This document shows, in pieces, positions 13,917 through 26,122 of a stretch of 64,000 nt of DNA. The stretch is taken from NCBI GenBank assembly GCA_043228905.1, contig JBHGNT010000010.1:8618001-8682000 (forward strand), in the 5' to 3' direction. Origin of the DNA: Azolla caroliniana (lineage: Eukaryota; Plantae; Polypodiophyta). A program made the position numbers and the translations under genes. Below the pieces are notes generated by a model. That model saw only the letters and a program-made list of their open reading frames with translations. It was not told the DNA's origin and did not search any database. Each line of letters begins with the position of its first letter. Position 1 is the first letter of the stretch.

Positions 13917-14408
13917 AAAAGGTAACAAATATTTTCGAGAGACATATTTGAATACATTATTTGACAAGAAATCTACGAATGAAATGAACATGTAAAGCTC
14001 ATGTGAATGTCCACATGTGTTGTTCTTTTTGTTGGCAATATGGTCATGTTTCATGCTAATTCCATCTTGAGCGCAATGTTTAAGGGGGAATAAATGTGAT
14101 TAGATATTAAACATTAATTCAATTAATGAACTACACACCCACAATTAAACGTAATCCTAATCTCTACTTGATAGCGAAACATTAATGCACAATCATTTGA
14201 TATTTCAGTTTATTAACTCAAAATAGGTGGAAATATATACACTCGGAAGTTGCAAGGATATATAAGTTGGGAGAACATGAGATTGAATATTTGAATATCA
14301 TTGTTCAATACACGTTCATGTTGACCTCTAATTGATCGCTCAACATTAATCCACAGTTATTCGAGAATATGGTTTCTGAACCATAGAATCATTACTTCAT
14401 GGGAAGCT

Positions 14409-14481
14409 GTGGGGATAGCTCAGGTTGGAGAACGTTAGACTGAAGATCTAAAGGTTACGTCTTCGATCCACGTTCACCGCC
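14409..14481 (+). pseudogene. tRNA-Phe(GAA) pseudogene
   Basis: Many substitutions; anticodon retained. Confidence 0.8.
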
Positions 14482-14972
14482 AAAAATAACAAACATTTTC
14501 GAGCGACATATTTGAATACATTATTTGACATGAATTCTACGAATCAAAGTAAGATATAAACCTCATGTTAATGTGGACATGTGTTGTTCTTGTTATTGAC
14601 AATATGGTTATGTTTCATGCTAATTCCATCTTGAGCCCAATGTTGAAGGGGGAATCAATGCGACTAGATATTAAACGTTAATTCGATTAATCAACTACAC
14701 AACCACAACTAAACCTAATCCTAATCTCTACTTGATAGTAAAACATTAATGCATAGTCATTCAAGAATTTTGTTTATTAACTCAAAATAGGTGGAAATAT
14801 ATACACTTGGAAGTTGCAAGGATATATAAATTGGGAGAACGTGAGATCGAATATTTGAATATCATTGTTCAATACACGTTCATGTTGACGTCTAGTTGAT
14901 CGCTCAACTTTAATCCACAGTTATTCGAGAATGTGGTTTCTGAACCATAGAGTCATTATTGGATGGGAAGTT

Positions 14973-15045
14973 GCGGGGATAGCTTAGTTGGGAGAGCGTT
15001 AGACTGAAGATCTGAAGGTCACGTGTTCGATCCATGTTCACCGCA
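14973..15045 (+). tRNA. tRNA-Phe(GAA), near-intact
   Basis: Three C>T changes; A and B boxes retained. Confidence 0.8.
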
Positions 15046-15121
15046 AAAAATAACAAACATTTTCGAGAGACATATTTGAATACTTTATTTGACAAGAAGT
15101 CTACGAATGAAATGAACATAT

Positions 15122-15270
15122 TGTGGTGTGCATGTGTTCCTTTGTGCCACCCTTTTAGCACACCCTTTTTAGCCAAGCCAACCCAAATGGGTTCCGTTGT
15201 ATCAGCTATAAATTGATTAAGAAGTAAGAAGCTAAGTAGACTGGTTTTGATCTGTTATGTGCATTTCACA
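15122..15270 (+). mobile_element. Short solo LTR in the array spacer (same family as LTR 43706-43906)
   Basis: TGTGGTG...CATTTCACA with 4-bp TSD ATAT; internally deleted relative to the 43706 copy. Confidence 0.85.
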
Positions 15271-15682
15271 ATATGAACCTCATGTTAATGTCGACATGTG
15301 TTGTTCTTTTCGTTGACAGTATGGTCATGTTTTATGCTAATTCCAGCTTGAGTGCAATGTTTAAGGGGGAATCGATGTGACTAGATATTAAACGTTAATT
15401 CAATTAATCAACTACACAACCACAACTAAACCTAATCCTAAGCTCTACTTGATAGTGAAACATTAATGCACAGTGAATTTTGTTTATTAACTCAAAATAG
15501 GTGGAAATATATACACTCAAAAGTTGCAAGGATATATAAGTTGGGATAAAGTGAGATTGAATATTTCAACATCATTGTTCAATACACGTTCATGTTCACG
15601 TCTAGTTGATCGCTCAACTTTAATCCAGAGTTATTTGAGAATATTGTTTTAGAACCATATAGATAGTATGTCATGGGAAGTT

Positions 15683-15755
15683 GCGGGGATAGATAAATTG
15701 GGAGAGCGTCAGATTGAACATCTAAACGTCACGTGTTCGATCCACGTTCACCGCA
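15683..15755 (+). pseudogene. tRNA-Phe(GAA) pseudogene
   Basis: D-arm and anticodon-arm substitutions. Confidence 0.8.
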
Positions 15756-16246
15756 AAAGGCAAGAAACACTTTCGAGAGACACATTTGCATGCATTATTT
15801 GACAAGAATTCTACGAATGAAATGAAGATATAAAGCTCATGTTAATGTTGACATGTGTTGTTATTTTCGTTGACAATATGGTCATACTTCCTGCTAATTC
15901 CATGCTGAGCGCAATGTTGAAGGGGGAATCGATGCGACTAGATATTAAACGTTAATTCAATTAATCAACTACACAACCACAACTAAACCTAATCCTAATC
16001 TCTACTGGATAGTGAAACATTAATGCACGGTCATTCAAGAATTTTGTTTATTAACTCAAAATAGGTGGAAATATATACACTCCCAAGTTGCAGGGATATA
16101 TACGTTGGGAGAACGTGAGATTCAATATCTGAACATGATTGTTCAATACACGTTCATATTGATCTCTACTTGATCATTCAACTTTAATCCACAGTTATAA
16201 GAGAATATTGTTTTAGACCCATATAGACAGTATTTAATGGGAAGTT

Positions 16247-16298
16247 GTGGGGATAGCTCAGTTGGGAGAGCGTTAGACTGAAGATCTGAAGGTCATGT
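16247..16298 (+). pseudogene. tRNA-Phe 5' part truncated by an LTR
   Basis: ...GAAGGTCATGT|TGTCGTAG, the same nucleotide position as the 6000 insertion. Confidence 0.85.
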
Positions 16299-16778
16299 TG
16301 TCGTAGCGTGAATCACACACTACGTGAAATATGTAAATTACTTTCTCCGATTTAAAGTATGTATAATAAATAAAATAAAATATTAAAAATATTTATTACG
16401 TACTTAGGGCAAGATTCGAACGTTGTTCCTCCACCTAAACAAACCCCAACTTTACCATTGCACTAACTTGTCCTAAGTGTTTTAAATATAGATTTAATAC
16501 GTATAAGACCTTCATTTATGCCTACCTTTATTAAAAGGAAAGTCATGCATTTTGTAGAATGTGTGAATACTTTATTTATAAGAAAAATGTACACCAATAA
16601 AAAATGACTTGTGCACATCTAGCGAGCATGATAACTATATTTAGGAAATGAAAGCATACTGTAAAAGGCAACTCATGCACATTTAGTGTGCATGAACACT
16701 TTAGAAAAAAAGCATGAAGCTATGCTTAGCCTCTTCCATCCTTATATAAGGAGGAGAGAATGATGTATGGGGGTTTTT
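16299..16778 (+). mobile_element. Truncated LTR, same family as 6000-6730
   Basis: Colinear with ~6000-6480, then joins an array spacer at a TTGTT microhomology. Confidence 0.9.
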
Positions 16779-16884
16779 GTTCAATACACGTTGATGTTGA
16801 CGTCTAGTTGATCGTTGAACATTAATCCATGGTTATTGGAGAATTTTGTTTCTGAACCATATAGACAGTATTTGATGGGAAGCT

Positions 16885-16957
16885 GCAGGGATAGCTCCGT
16901 TGGGAGACCGTTAGACTGAAGATCTGAAGGTCACGTGTTTGATCCACGTGCATTGCA
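16885..16957 (+). pseudogene. tRNA-Phe(GAA) pseudogene
   Basis: Shares diagnostic variants with the 21581 copy. Confidence 0.8.
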
Positions 16958-17443
16958 AAAGGTAACAAACACTTTCAAGAGACATATTTGAATACATTAT
17001 TTGACAAGAATTCTTCCAATGAATTGAACATATTAACCTCATGTTAATGTCGACAAGGCTTGTTGTTTTTGTTGACAATATGGTCATGTTTAATACTAAT
17101 TCTATCTTAAGCGCAATGTTTAAGGGGGGAGTCGATGAGACTAAATATTCAACGTTAATCGAATTAATCAACTACACAACCACAACGAAATATAATCCTA
17201 ATCTCTACTTGATCGCAAAAATTTAATGCACACTCACTGGAGATTATTGTTTATTAACCCAAAATAGGTGGAAATATACACACTCACAAGTTGGAGGGAT
17301 ATATAAGTTGGGAGAGCGTGAGATTGAATATCTCAATATCATTGTTCAATACACGTTCATGTTTAAGGCGTAGTGGATGAGACTAGATATCTAAACGTAA
17401 TTTTTATCTCTGGTTGATAGTTCAAATTTAATCCACAATTATT

Positions 17444-17563
17444 GAGTAGTTGGTGGCCTTATGGCCTAAGCAAGTATTGTGAGCGAATAATCTTCGACGA
17501 TTCAATAATTAGGTTAACTAGTATGGTATCTAAAGAATAATTCAAAAGAGAATAGTGGAGTAC

Positions 17564-17602
<39 letters not shown>

Positions 17603-17997
17603 CAGAATTGAAATTCAATTTATGTAAGAAATAGGTGTTATGGTAAACATGTTTCGCTCGATATGAGCTCATCCGTGCTAAAGACCATACAAAAATGTGA
17701 GAGGCTTATATAGGGGAAGAGGAAAGAAGAGAGAATGGGGAGTGGTGGGGATGGAAGACAGACAGAGAGAGAGAGCGGGGGTTTTGAATGTGTATAAAGG
17801 AGGATGTGGGAGTTAGGGAGGTAGTTAAAGTAGAGTAGAGAGGGATAGCTTAATGATTTTGATGGGAAGGGATGATTTTGGAGATTTGTTATATTTAGTT
17901 ATAGTAGATAGATGCCAATGATAAGTGTGACATTTTAATGGGGATTTGGGGATCCAAGATATTTAGTTTTGACTAGCTAAGAATAGAGTGATTTTGA
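17444..17997 (-). mobile_element. Solo pseudo-LTR (3' end) of the Penelope-like element
   Basis: Homologous to 22140-22966 with one sub-repeat fewer; carries a hammerhead motif at 17634-17686. Confidence 0.8.
17634..17686 (-). ncRNA. Minimal type I hammerhead-ribozyme-like motif
   Basis: GGTCTTTAGCA-CGGATGA-GCTCatatcGAGC-GAAA-CATG-TT-TACCATAACACC; core has G in place of U4. Confidence 0.7.
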
Positions 17998-18316
17998 GTA
18001 CACAACTACAACTAAACGTAATCCTAATATCTTCTCCATCTCGAAACTTTCATGCACACTAATTTGAGATTTTTGTTTACTAACATAGAATAGGTGGAAA
18101 TATACACACTCGCAAGTTGCAGCAATAGATTAGTTGGGAGAGTGTCAGATTGAATATCTGAATATCATTGTTCGATATACTTTCATGTTTAAGGGGGCGT
18201 GAATGACAGTAGATATCTCAACGTAATCTTGATCTCTAGTTGATTACTCAACTTTAATCCATAGTTATTCGAGAATTTTGTTTTTGAACCATATAAACAA
18301 TATTTCATGGGAAGCT

Positions 18317-18389
18317 GGGGGGATAGGTCAGTTGCGAGAGCGTTAGACTGAAGATCTGAAGGTCACGTGTTCCATCCTCGTTCACCGGA
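18317..18389 (+). pseudogene. tRNA-Phe(GAA) pseudogene
   Basis: Multiple substitutions. Confidence 0.8.
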
Positions 18390-18921
18390 AAAGGTAACAA
18401 ACACTATCGAGAGACATTTAAATACATTATTTGACAAGAATTCTACGAATGAAATGAACATATAAACCTGATGTTCATGTCGATAATCCTTGTTCTTTTC
18501 GTTGACAATATCGTCATGTTTCATGCTAATTCCATCTTTGAGCGGAATGTTTAAGGGGGGAGTCGATCATGCTACATATTCAACGTTAATTGAATTAATC
18601 AACTACACAACCACAACTAAAGGTAATCTTAATCTCTACTAGATCGCGAAATTTTCATGCAGACTCATTCGAGATTTTTGTTTATTAACACAAAATAGAT
18701 GGAAATATACACACTCGCAAGTTGCAGGGATGGATCAGTTAGGAGAGCATCAGATTGAATATCTGAATATCATTGTTCGATACACCTTCGTGTTTAAGGG
18801 GGAGTGGATGAGACTAGATATCTAAACGTAATGTTGATCTCTAGTTGATCGTTGAACATTAATCCACAATTATTTGGGAATTTTGTTTGTGAACCATATA
18901 GATAGTATTTAATGGGAAGTT

Positions 18922-18995
18922 TCGGTGATAGCTTAGTTGGGAGAGCGTCAGATTGAAGATCTGAAGGTCATGTGTTCGATGCACGTTTTAATCAC
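18922..18995 (+). pseudogene. tRNA-Phe(GAA) pseudogene
   Basis: Acceptor 3' strand degenerate. Confidence 0.75.
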
Positions 18996-19530
18996 AAAAG
19001 GCAACAAATACTTGTGTCAAGAGACACATTTGAATACATTATTTTCAAGAAATCTACGAATAAAATGAACATATAAACATCTTATTAATGTCGACAAGTC
19101 TTGTCCACATGGGTAACAATATGGTCATGTTTCATGCTAATTCCATTTTGAGCGCAATGTTTAAAGGGGATTCGATGCGACTACATATTAAACATTAATT
19201 AAATTAATCAACTACACAACCACAACTAAACGTAATTGTAATCTCTACTTGATCGCGAAACATTAATGCACACTCATTTAAGATTTTTGTTTATTAACTA
19301 AGAATAGGTGGAAATATACACACTCGCAAGTTGCAGGGATAGATCAATTGGGAGAGCATATGATCGAATATTTGAATATCATTGTTCGATACACCTTCAT
19401 GTTTAAGGGGGAGTGGATAAGACTAGATGTCTAAACGTAATATTGATCTCTAGTTGATCGCTCAACTTTAATTCACTGTTATTCGAGAATTTTGTTTCTG
19501 AACCATATGGAGAGTATTTGATGGGAAGTT

Positions 19531-19603
19531 GCGTTCATCGCTCAGTTGGGAGCGCGTCAGACTGAAGATCTGAAGGTCACGTGTTCGATTCACGTTCACT
19601 GCA
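19531..19603 (+). pseudogene. tRNA-Phe(GAA) pseudogene
   Basis: Acceptor 5' strand mutated (GCGTTCA). Confidence 0.8.
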
Positions 19604-20130
19604 AAAGATAACAAACACTTTCAATAGAAATATTTGAATGCATTATTAGACAAGAATTCTACCAATGAAATGAACATATAAACCTCATGTTAATGTCCAC
19701 AAGGCTTGTTCGTTTCGTGGACAATATGGTCATGTTTCATGCTAATTCTATCTTCAGTGCAATGTTTAGGGGGGACTCGATGAGACTAAATATTCAATGT
19801 TAATTGAATTAATCAACTACACAACCACAAGTAAACGTAATCCTAATGTCTACTTGATCGCGAAACTTTCATGCACACTCATTCGAGATTTTCGTTTATT
19901 AACACAAAATAGGTGGAAATATACACACTCACAAGTTGCAGGGCTAGATCAATTGGGAAAGCATCGGTGGGAATATCAGAATATCATTGTTCAATACATG
20001 TTTATGTTCAATGCATTGTTGAATACATGTATAAACGTAATGTTGATGTCTAGTTGATCGTTGCAATTTAATCTAAAATTATTCCGGAATTTTGTTTATG
20101 AACCATATAGATAGTATTTGATAGGAAGAT

Positions 20131-20205
20131 TCGGGGATACCTCAGTTCGGAGAGCGTGAGACTCAACATCTGAAGGTCACGTGTTAGATCCTCGTTTTCA
20201 ACGCA
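20131..20205 (+). pseudogene. tRNA-Phe-derived pseudogene (anticodon mutated to CAA)
   Basis: Heavily degenerate copy. Confidence 0.7.
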
Positions 20206-20411
20206 AAAGGCAACAAACACTTGTGTCAAGAGACACATTAGAATGCATTATTTGACAAGAAATCTACGAATAAAATGAGCATATAAACATCCTGTTAATG
20301 TCGACAAGTCTTGTCCATTTGGGTAACAATATGGTCATGCTTCATACTAAATCCATTTTGAGCACAATGTTTAAATGGAATCGATGCAACTAGATATTTG
20401 ATGGGAAATTT

Positions 20412-20484
20412 GCGGGGATAGCTGAGCTGGGAGAGCGTCAGATTGAAGATCTGAAGGTCACGTGTTCGATCCACGTTCACCGCA
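20412..20484 (+). tRNA. tRNA-Phe(GAA), near-intact; upstream spacer deleted
   Basis: 3 substitutions; only 281 bp from the previous copy. Confidence 0.75.
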
Positions 20485-20974
20485 AAAGGTAACAAACATT
20501 TTCGAGAGACATATTTGAATACATTATTTGACAAGAATTCCACAAATGAAATGAACATGTAAACCTCATGTTAATATCGACATATGTTCTTCTTTTCGTA
20601 GACAATATGGTCATGTTTCATGCTAATTCCATGTTGAGCACAATGTTTAAGGGGGAATCGATGCGACTGGATATTAAACAGTAACTCAATTAATCAACTA
20701 CACAACCATAACTAAACGTAATCCTAATCTCTATTTGATAGCGAAACATTAATGCACAGTCATTCAAGATTTTTGTTTATTAACTCAAATTGGTGGAAAT
20801 ATATACACTCACAAGCTGCAAGGATATATAAGTTGGGAGAACGTGAGATTGAATATCTCAACATCATTGTTCAATACACGATCATATTGATCTCTAGTTG
20901 ATCGCTCAACTTTAATCCCCAGTTATTCGAGAATATTGTTTCTAAACCATATAGACAGTATTTGATGGGAAGTT

Positions 20975-21047
20975 GTGGGGATATCCTAGTTGGGAGAGTG
21001 TCAGACTGAAGCTGTGAAGGTCTCGTGTTCGATCCACATTCACCGCA
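20975..21047 (+). pseudogene. tRNA-Phe(GAA) pseudogene
   Basis: D and anticodon stems damaged. Confidence 0.8.
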
Positions 21048-21580
21048 AAAGGTAACAAACATTTTCAAGAGACATATTTGAGCACATTATTTGACAAGAA
21101 TTCTACCAATGAAATGAACATATAAACCTCATGTTCATGTCGACAATCCTTGTTCTTTTCGTTGACAATATGGTCATGTTTCATGCTAATTCCATCTTCA
21201 GCGGAATGTTTAAGGAGGGAGTCGATCATGCTACATATTCACCGTTAATTGAATTAATCAACTACACAACCACAACTAAAGGTAATCCTAATCTCTACTC
21301 GATCGCAAAACTTTCATGCACACTCATTCGAGATTTTTGTTTATTAACACAAAATAGATGGAAATATACACAGTCGCAAGTTGCAAGAATGGATCAGTTG
21401 CGAGAGCGTCAGATTGAATATTTGAATATCATTTTTCGATACACCTTCATGTTTAAGGGGGAGTGGATGAGACTAGATATCTAAACGTAATGTTGATCTC
21501 TAGTTGATCGCTGAACATTAATCCATAGTTATTCGAGAATTTTGTTTCTCAACCATATAGACAGTATTTGATGGGAAGCT

Positions 21581-21653
21581 GCGGGGATAGCTCCGTTGGG
21601 AGACCGTCAGACTGAAGATCTGAAGGTCACGTGTTTGATCCACGTGCACTGCA
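21581..21653 (+). pseudogene. tRNA-Phe(GAA) pseudogene
   Basis: B box GTTTGA; D-arm variants. Confidence 0.8.
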
Positions 21654-22347
21654 AAAGGTAACAAACACTTTCAAGAGACATATTTGAATACATTATTTGA
21701 CAAGAATTCTACCAATGAATTGAACATATTAACCTCATGTTAATGTCGACAAGGCTTGTTGTTTTTGTTGACAATATGGTCATGTTTAATGCTAATTCTA
21801 TCTTAAGCGCAATGTTTAAGGGGGGAGTCAATGAGACTAAATATTCAACGTTAATCGAATTAATCAACTACACAACCACAACGAAATATAATCCTAATCT
21901 CTACTTGATCGCGAAAATTTAATGCACACTCACAGGAGATTATTGTTTATTAACCCAAAAAAGGTGGAAATATACACACTCACAAGTTGGAGGGATATAT
22001 AAGTTGGGAGAGCGTGAGATTGAATATCTGAACATCATTATTCGATACACGTTCATGTTTAAGGCGTAGTGGATGAGACTAGATATCTAAACGTAAACTT
22101 GATCTCTGGTTGATCGTTCAAATTTAATCCACAATTATTGAGTAGTTGGTGGCATTATGGCCTAAGCAAGTAGTGTGAGCGAATAATCTTCGACGATTCA
22201 ATAATTAGGTAAAATAGTATGGTATCTAAAGAATAATTCAAAAGAGAATAGTGGAGTACGAGAAGAGAGAGAGAGAGAGAGAGGGAGGGAGAGAGAGGGA
22301 GAGAGAGAGAGAGAGAGAGAATTCAAATTCAATTTATGTAAGAAATA

Positions 22348-22400
22348 GGTCTTATGGCCAACATGTTTCGCTCTATATGATCTCATTCGTGCTAAAGACC
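22348..22400 (-). ncRNA. Degenerate hammerhead-like motif in the 3' pLTR
   Basis: Same fold as the other copies but core CGAATGA and a stem II mismatch. Confidence 0.55.
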
Positions 22401-22944
22401 AGAAAAAAAATGTTAGAGGCTTATATAGGGGAAGAGGAAAGAAGAGAGAATGGGGAGTGGTGGGGATGGAAGAGAGTGAGAGAGAGGGGGGGGGGGGGGG
22501 AGGGGTTGAATGTGTATAAAGAAGGATGTGGGAGTTAGGGGGATACTGAATGTAGAGAGGGATGGCTTAATGATTTTGATGGGAAGGGATGATTTTGGGT
22601 ATTTGTTATATTTAGTTATACTAGATAGATGCCAATGACAAGTGTGATGTTTTAATGGGGATTTTGGGAATCTAATATTTTTAGTTTTGACTACATAAGA
22701 ATAGAGTGATTTGGGGAGTTGTGGGGATGGAAAACAGAGAAAAGAGGAGAGAGGGGTTTTGATGTGTATAAAGGAGGATGTGGGAGTAAGGGAGGTAGTT
22801 AAAGTAGAGAGGGATAGCTTAAAGATTTTGATGGGAAGGGATGATTTTGGAGATTTGTTATATTTAGTTATAGTAGATAGATGCCAATGATAAGTGTGAC
22901 GTTTTAATGGGGATTTGGGGATCCAAGATATTTAGTTTTGACTA

Positions 22945-25925
22945 ACTAAGAATAGAGTGATTTTGACTTAGTCCAACATATAAAAGGTTTAGGGATGTCT
23001 TTTAGTTGGGGATCTAGCCTAAGGTCAACATGTAGGTCTTGTAAAAATGACTGGATGCCTAGTTTAGGGGAGTTTTACGAGTGCCTAAGCTTGAATATGG
23101 TAGGTGTAAGGGAAGATTTGTTTTTATGCTTATGGATGAGAGTATTCCTAAGGGAGAAAGGATGTTTTTTAAAAGACTTAAGGATAAAATGGGCCGGGTA
23201 ACCTCGGCTAATGAGCCTAAGGAAGAAACGCTTTTTCATTTCTAAGTATCCTATAGGTGTGCTTTCTCTAACTAGGTAGCGTTTTAATTCATTTGAAATA
23301 AGATTTTGTTTAACGTGTATGGGATGGTCTGAAGAGAAGGGAAGATATTGATAGGAATTTAATGGTTTTTGGAAACAATTGAAACAGAACTTAGAGTTCT
23401 CTAGATTAATCCAAATATCCAAGAAAGGGAGCCTAGTGGGGGACAATATGGATCGTAAGTTTAATGGAGTTATTGGTCATACGGCTATAGAAAGCAAGGT
23501 ATTCTAAGAGTTGGGGTTTCATACCAGTCCAAACCCTGAAGGCATCATCTATGTACCTAGTAAAATAGAAGAGATGGGGTGTGGTTTGGGAGTTTTCTAA
23601 GTGTGATTAGAAAAGGCGTCCATAGACAACTGAGAAGTTGTTGCCCATGGCTATTCCTTTGATTTGGTTGTATACTTGATTATTGAAGTTCAAGTAGTGA
23701 TACTCTAGGGTTAGAGTGCTAAGGGTATAGATAAGATTAGTCTTGGCTAAGGGAAAATGGGGGGAGATGATATGGCGAAGTGCTTCAAGTCCTAACTTAG
23801 GGGGGATGCTAGGATAAAGGGATTCTACATCAAAAGAGAAAATGAAACTATTAGGGGGGGGGGGGGGGGGTTAGTTGCTCTAGTTTTTGGATGAGGGAGT
23901 GTGAGTCTTTTAGGTATTCTTTTTGGAGTACTAGAATGGGTAAAAGTTGAAAATGTAGCCATTTCGAGGTTTGCTCGAATATCGAGTTATTAGAAGAACA
24001 GACGGGTCTAAATCCAATGGGTGTTTTATGGAGTTTAGGAAGGAAGTAAATATTAGATACTTGATATCCCTTTGGGGGTTTATAGAGTATGTAATTAGTT
24101 TCTATAAACGAAAATGTTCCCAGATTCTTTTGTACTATACTATTAAGGCGGTATAAGAGCTGTTCTAACGGAAAATGGGTTACTTTTCTATAGGTGGTGG
24201 TATCCGAGAGGTGGTTTATAGCTTTTTCATAGTGGGTATCTTTGTCTAGAACACATACTCCCATGTTCTTATCCGCCAGAAGAATGATGATCTGGTTGTT
24301 ATTCCTAAGGCTCTTAAGGGTTGTGCGAAGGTGGAGTGGTGTTGAGGCCGCGATCAGTTTCGGTATGTTGTTGAGTATTATGGGGTGGCTAACGTTTCGA
24401 TGATTTCCAACCATCATAGGGAGTACCATGCGTATGGTAGAGGAGTGGCGGCGGCGACTGCGGGAAGTTCTGTTGGCAGCTTTAATCTGTTTTCGAGTGT
24501 CAAAATTGTTGCCTTGATATGTGTGGCTGATGATAGTACAGTGGATGAGGCTAGGGGGTTGTGTTGGGAGCCAGAGGACTTGTATGAGCGGGGAGAAGAC
24601 CGGGGCTTGTCGTTGTTGCGAATGCTAGTGGTGGGCGGTGGTGGTGTGACTCATTGTTGGCAAAATGTGGGTTGTAGAAGAGAACTTGAGGCCCACCAAG
24701 GTTGGGATAAGGTTTAAATGCTTGTTTGACCTCATTAGTTGCAGTGTTACAAGTGAAAAGGATGTTAGATGCTCAGTAACGAGGACGTTGTGCTTGTTTG
24801 GAGTTACTATTGGAGCGGTGGTTTGGGTTAGGGTGAGAGTTAGGAAAAGGATTAGTGGTATTTTTGGATTTAATGTAAGTATTTAGGTTAGAATTAGGTT
24901 TTGGGTTAGGGTTTAGGGTAAAGTTTAGATTCATTTTGAGGTTGGGTGTGGGATTAGAATTTTTGTTTAGGTTAATAGTATGGGGGACAGACTTTTTAGT
25001 GTTATTTATTTCGGCTTCCACGGTGATGGACTGTCATAAAACATTTCATTATCATTTTCTTCTTCCCCTTCATACATTGTAATGTCTATATCTCTACTAT
25101 TAGGATTATCATATTTATTTTGTGCTCTTCTGTTATCTCTAAGTTCCGTGGCTGTTGCTTTAAGTGTATCATCAATGTTCTGATTTACAGCGAAATCATC
25201 ACACATTTTTAGGATTTCAGAGCCGAAATCTTGTAGTAATGTATTAATAGTTTCCTTAAAATTAGTAGGCTCAATATATGATGACACATCCCCAAAATGT
25301 TGGGGTTCTTGAAGAATGCTCGCAAAGTTATGTAGATCTGATCTAACGGTATTAGGGAAATTATCTAGGGTTTTAGTATATGAGTGCACTAGTAAGTCAA
25401 GATGTTTAATATAAGTACTTGTAAGATCTTTATTATATTGATTAGTGAGAGTTAGAAAGTCCTTATGCATGCTATTGTTAATTTCTTCATGATCTATCTT
25501 TAGCTTGGGGGATGAATTCTAAGACTTTGAGGGGTTAATTCATGAGAATATAAGTTCAACATCCTAATATGGGTATTCTTGGCTTGTTTTTTTCTTTTGA
25601 AGAGTTGTTTAAATTCTGCAAATATTCTAGTTTTATATTCTTCTAAGTATTTCGAGCAAAACGATATATTAGAAGATGATACCTTAGTATTGGAAACTTT
25701 AGTATCAGGAGTGGAGTTGATGAGTGAGGGAGAGAGAATATAATCTCGAGCGCACTTCTGTGGTCTTTTCTTTGAACTATTACGCTTGATAGGGGTCGGT
25801 GTAGCCGATGCCATCGCTGCAGACGTCAATATCGTGGGCTGAGGGAACTCTTCACTAGATGGTTGCCCGAACAATGACGATCCATATCCATTGTGGGTTC
25901 CTATCTCCGGTGAATGAACCTCCAT
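22945..25925 (-). pseudogene. PLE ORF (long N-terminal region plus RT), disrupted by stops and frameshifts
   Basis: ORF pieces 25500-25925, 25006-25470, 24773-25021, 23851-24429 and 23075-23446, plus manual translation of the RT core at ~23460-23850. Confidence 0.85.
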
Positions 25926-26122
25926 ATAATATGTCGAATCTTGAGTAGTTGTTGGCCTTGTGGCCTAAGCAAGCAGTGCGAGCGAATAACCTTCGGCGGT
26001 TGAATAATTAGATTAAATAGTATGATATCTAAAGAATAATTCAAAAGAGAATAGTGGAGTAGGAGAAGAGAGAGAGGGAGAGAGAGAGAGAGAGAATTCA
26101 AATTCAATTTATGTAAGAAATA

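Noticed and set aside
20131-20205. Possible anticodon switch to tRNA-Leu(CAA)
   Set aside because: The copy has a broken acceptor stem and B box, so it is a decayed pseudogene.
3803-21922. Recurrent short ORFs (e.g. ...AVNVDRTRDLQIFSLTLSQLSYPR, ELINYTTTTK)
   Set aside because: Chance translations of the antisense tRNA and spacer; frames are not preserved between units.
23075-24429. LINE or telomerase RT assignment
   Set aside because: No APE or RLE endonuclease, no poly-A tail and no TERT T-motif; the DK, PKLHK and HP..K..RGYP motifs and the pLTRs fit Penelope-like elements.
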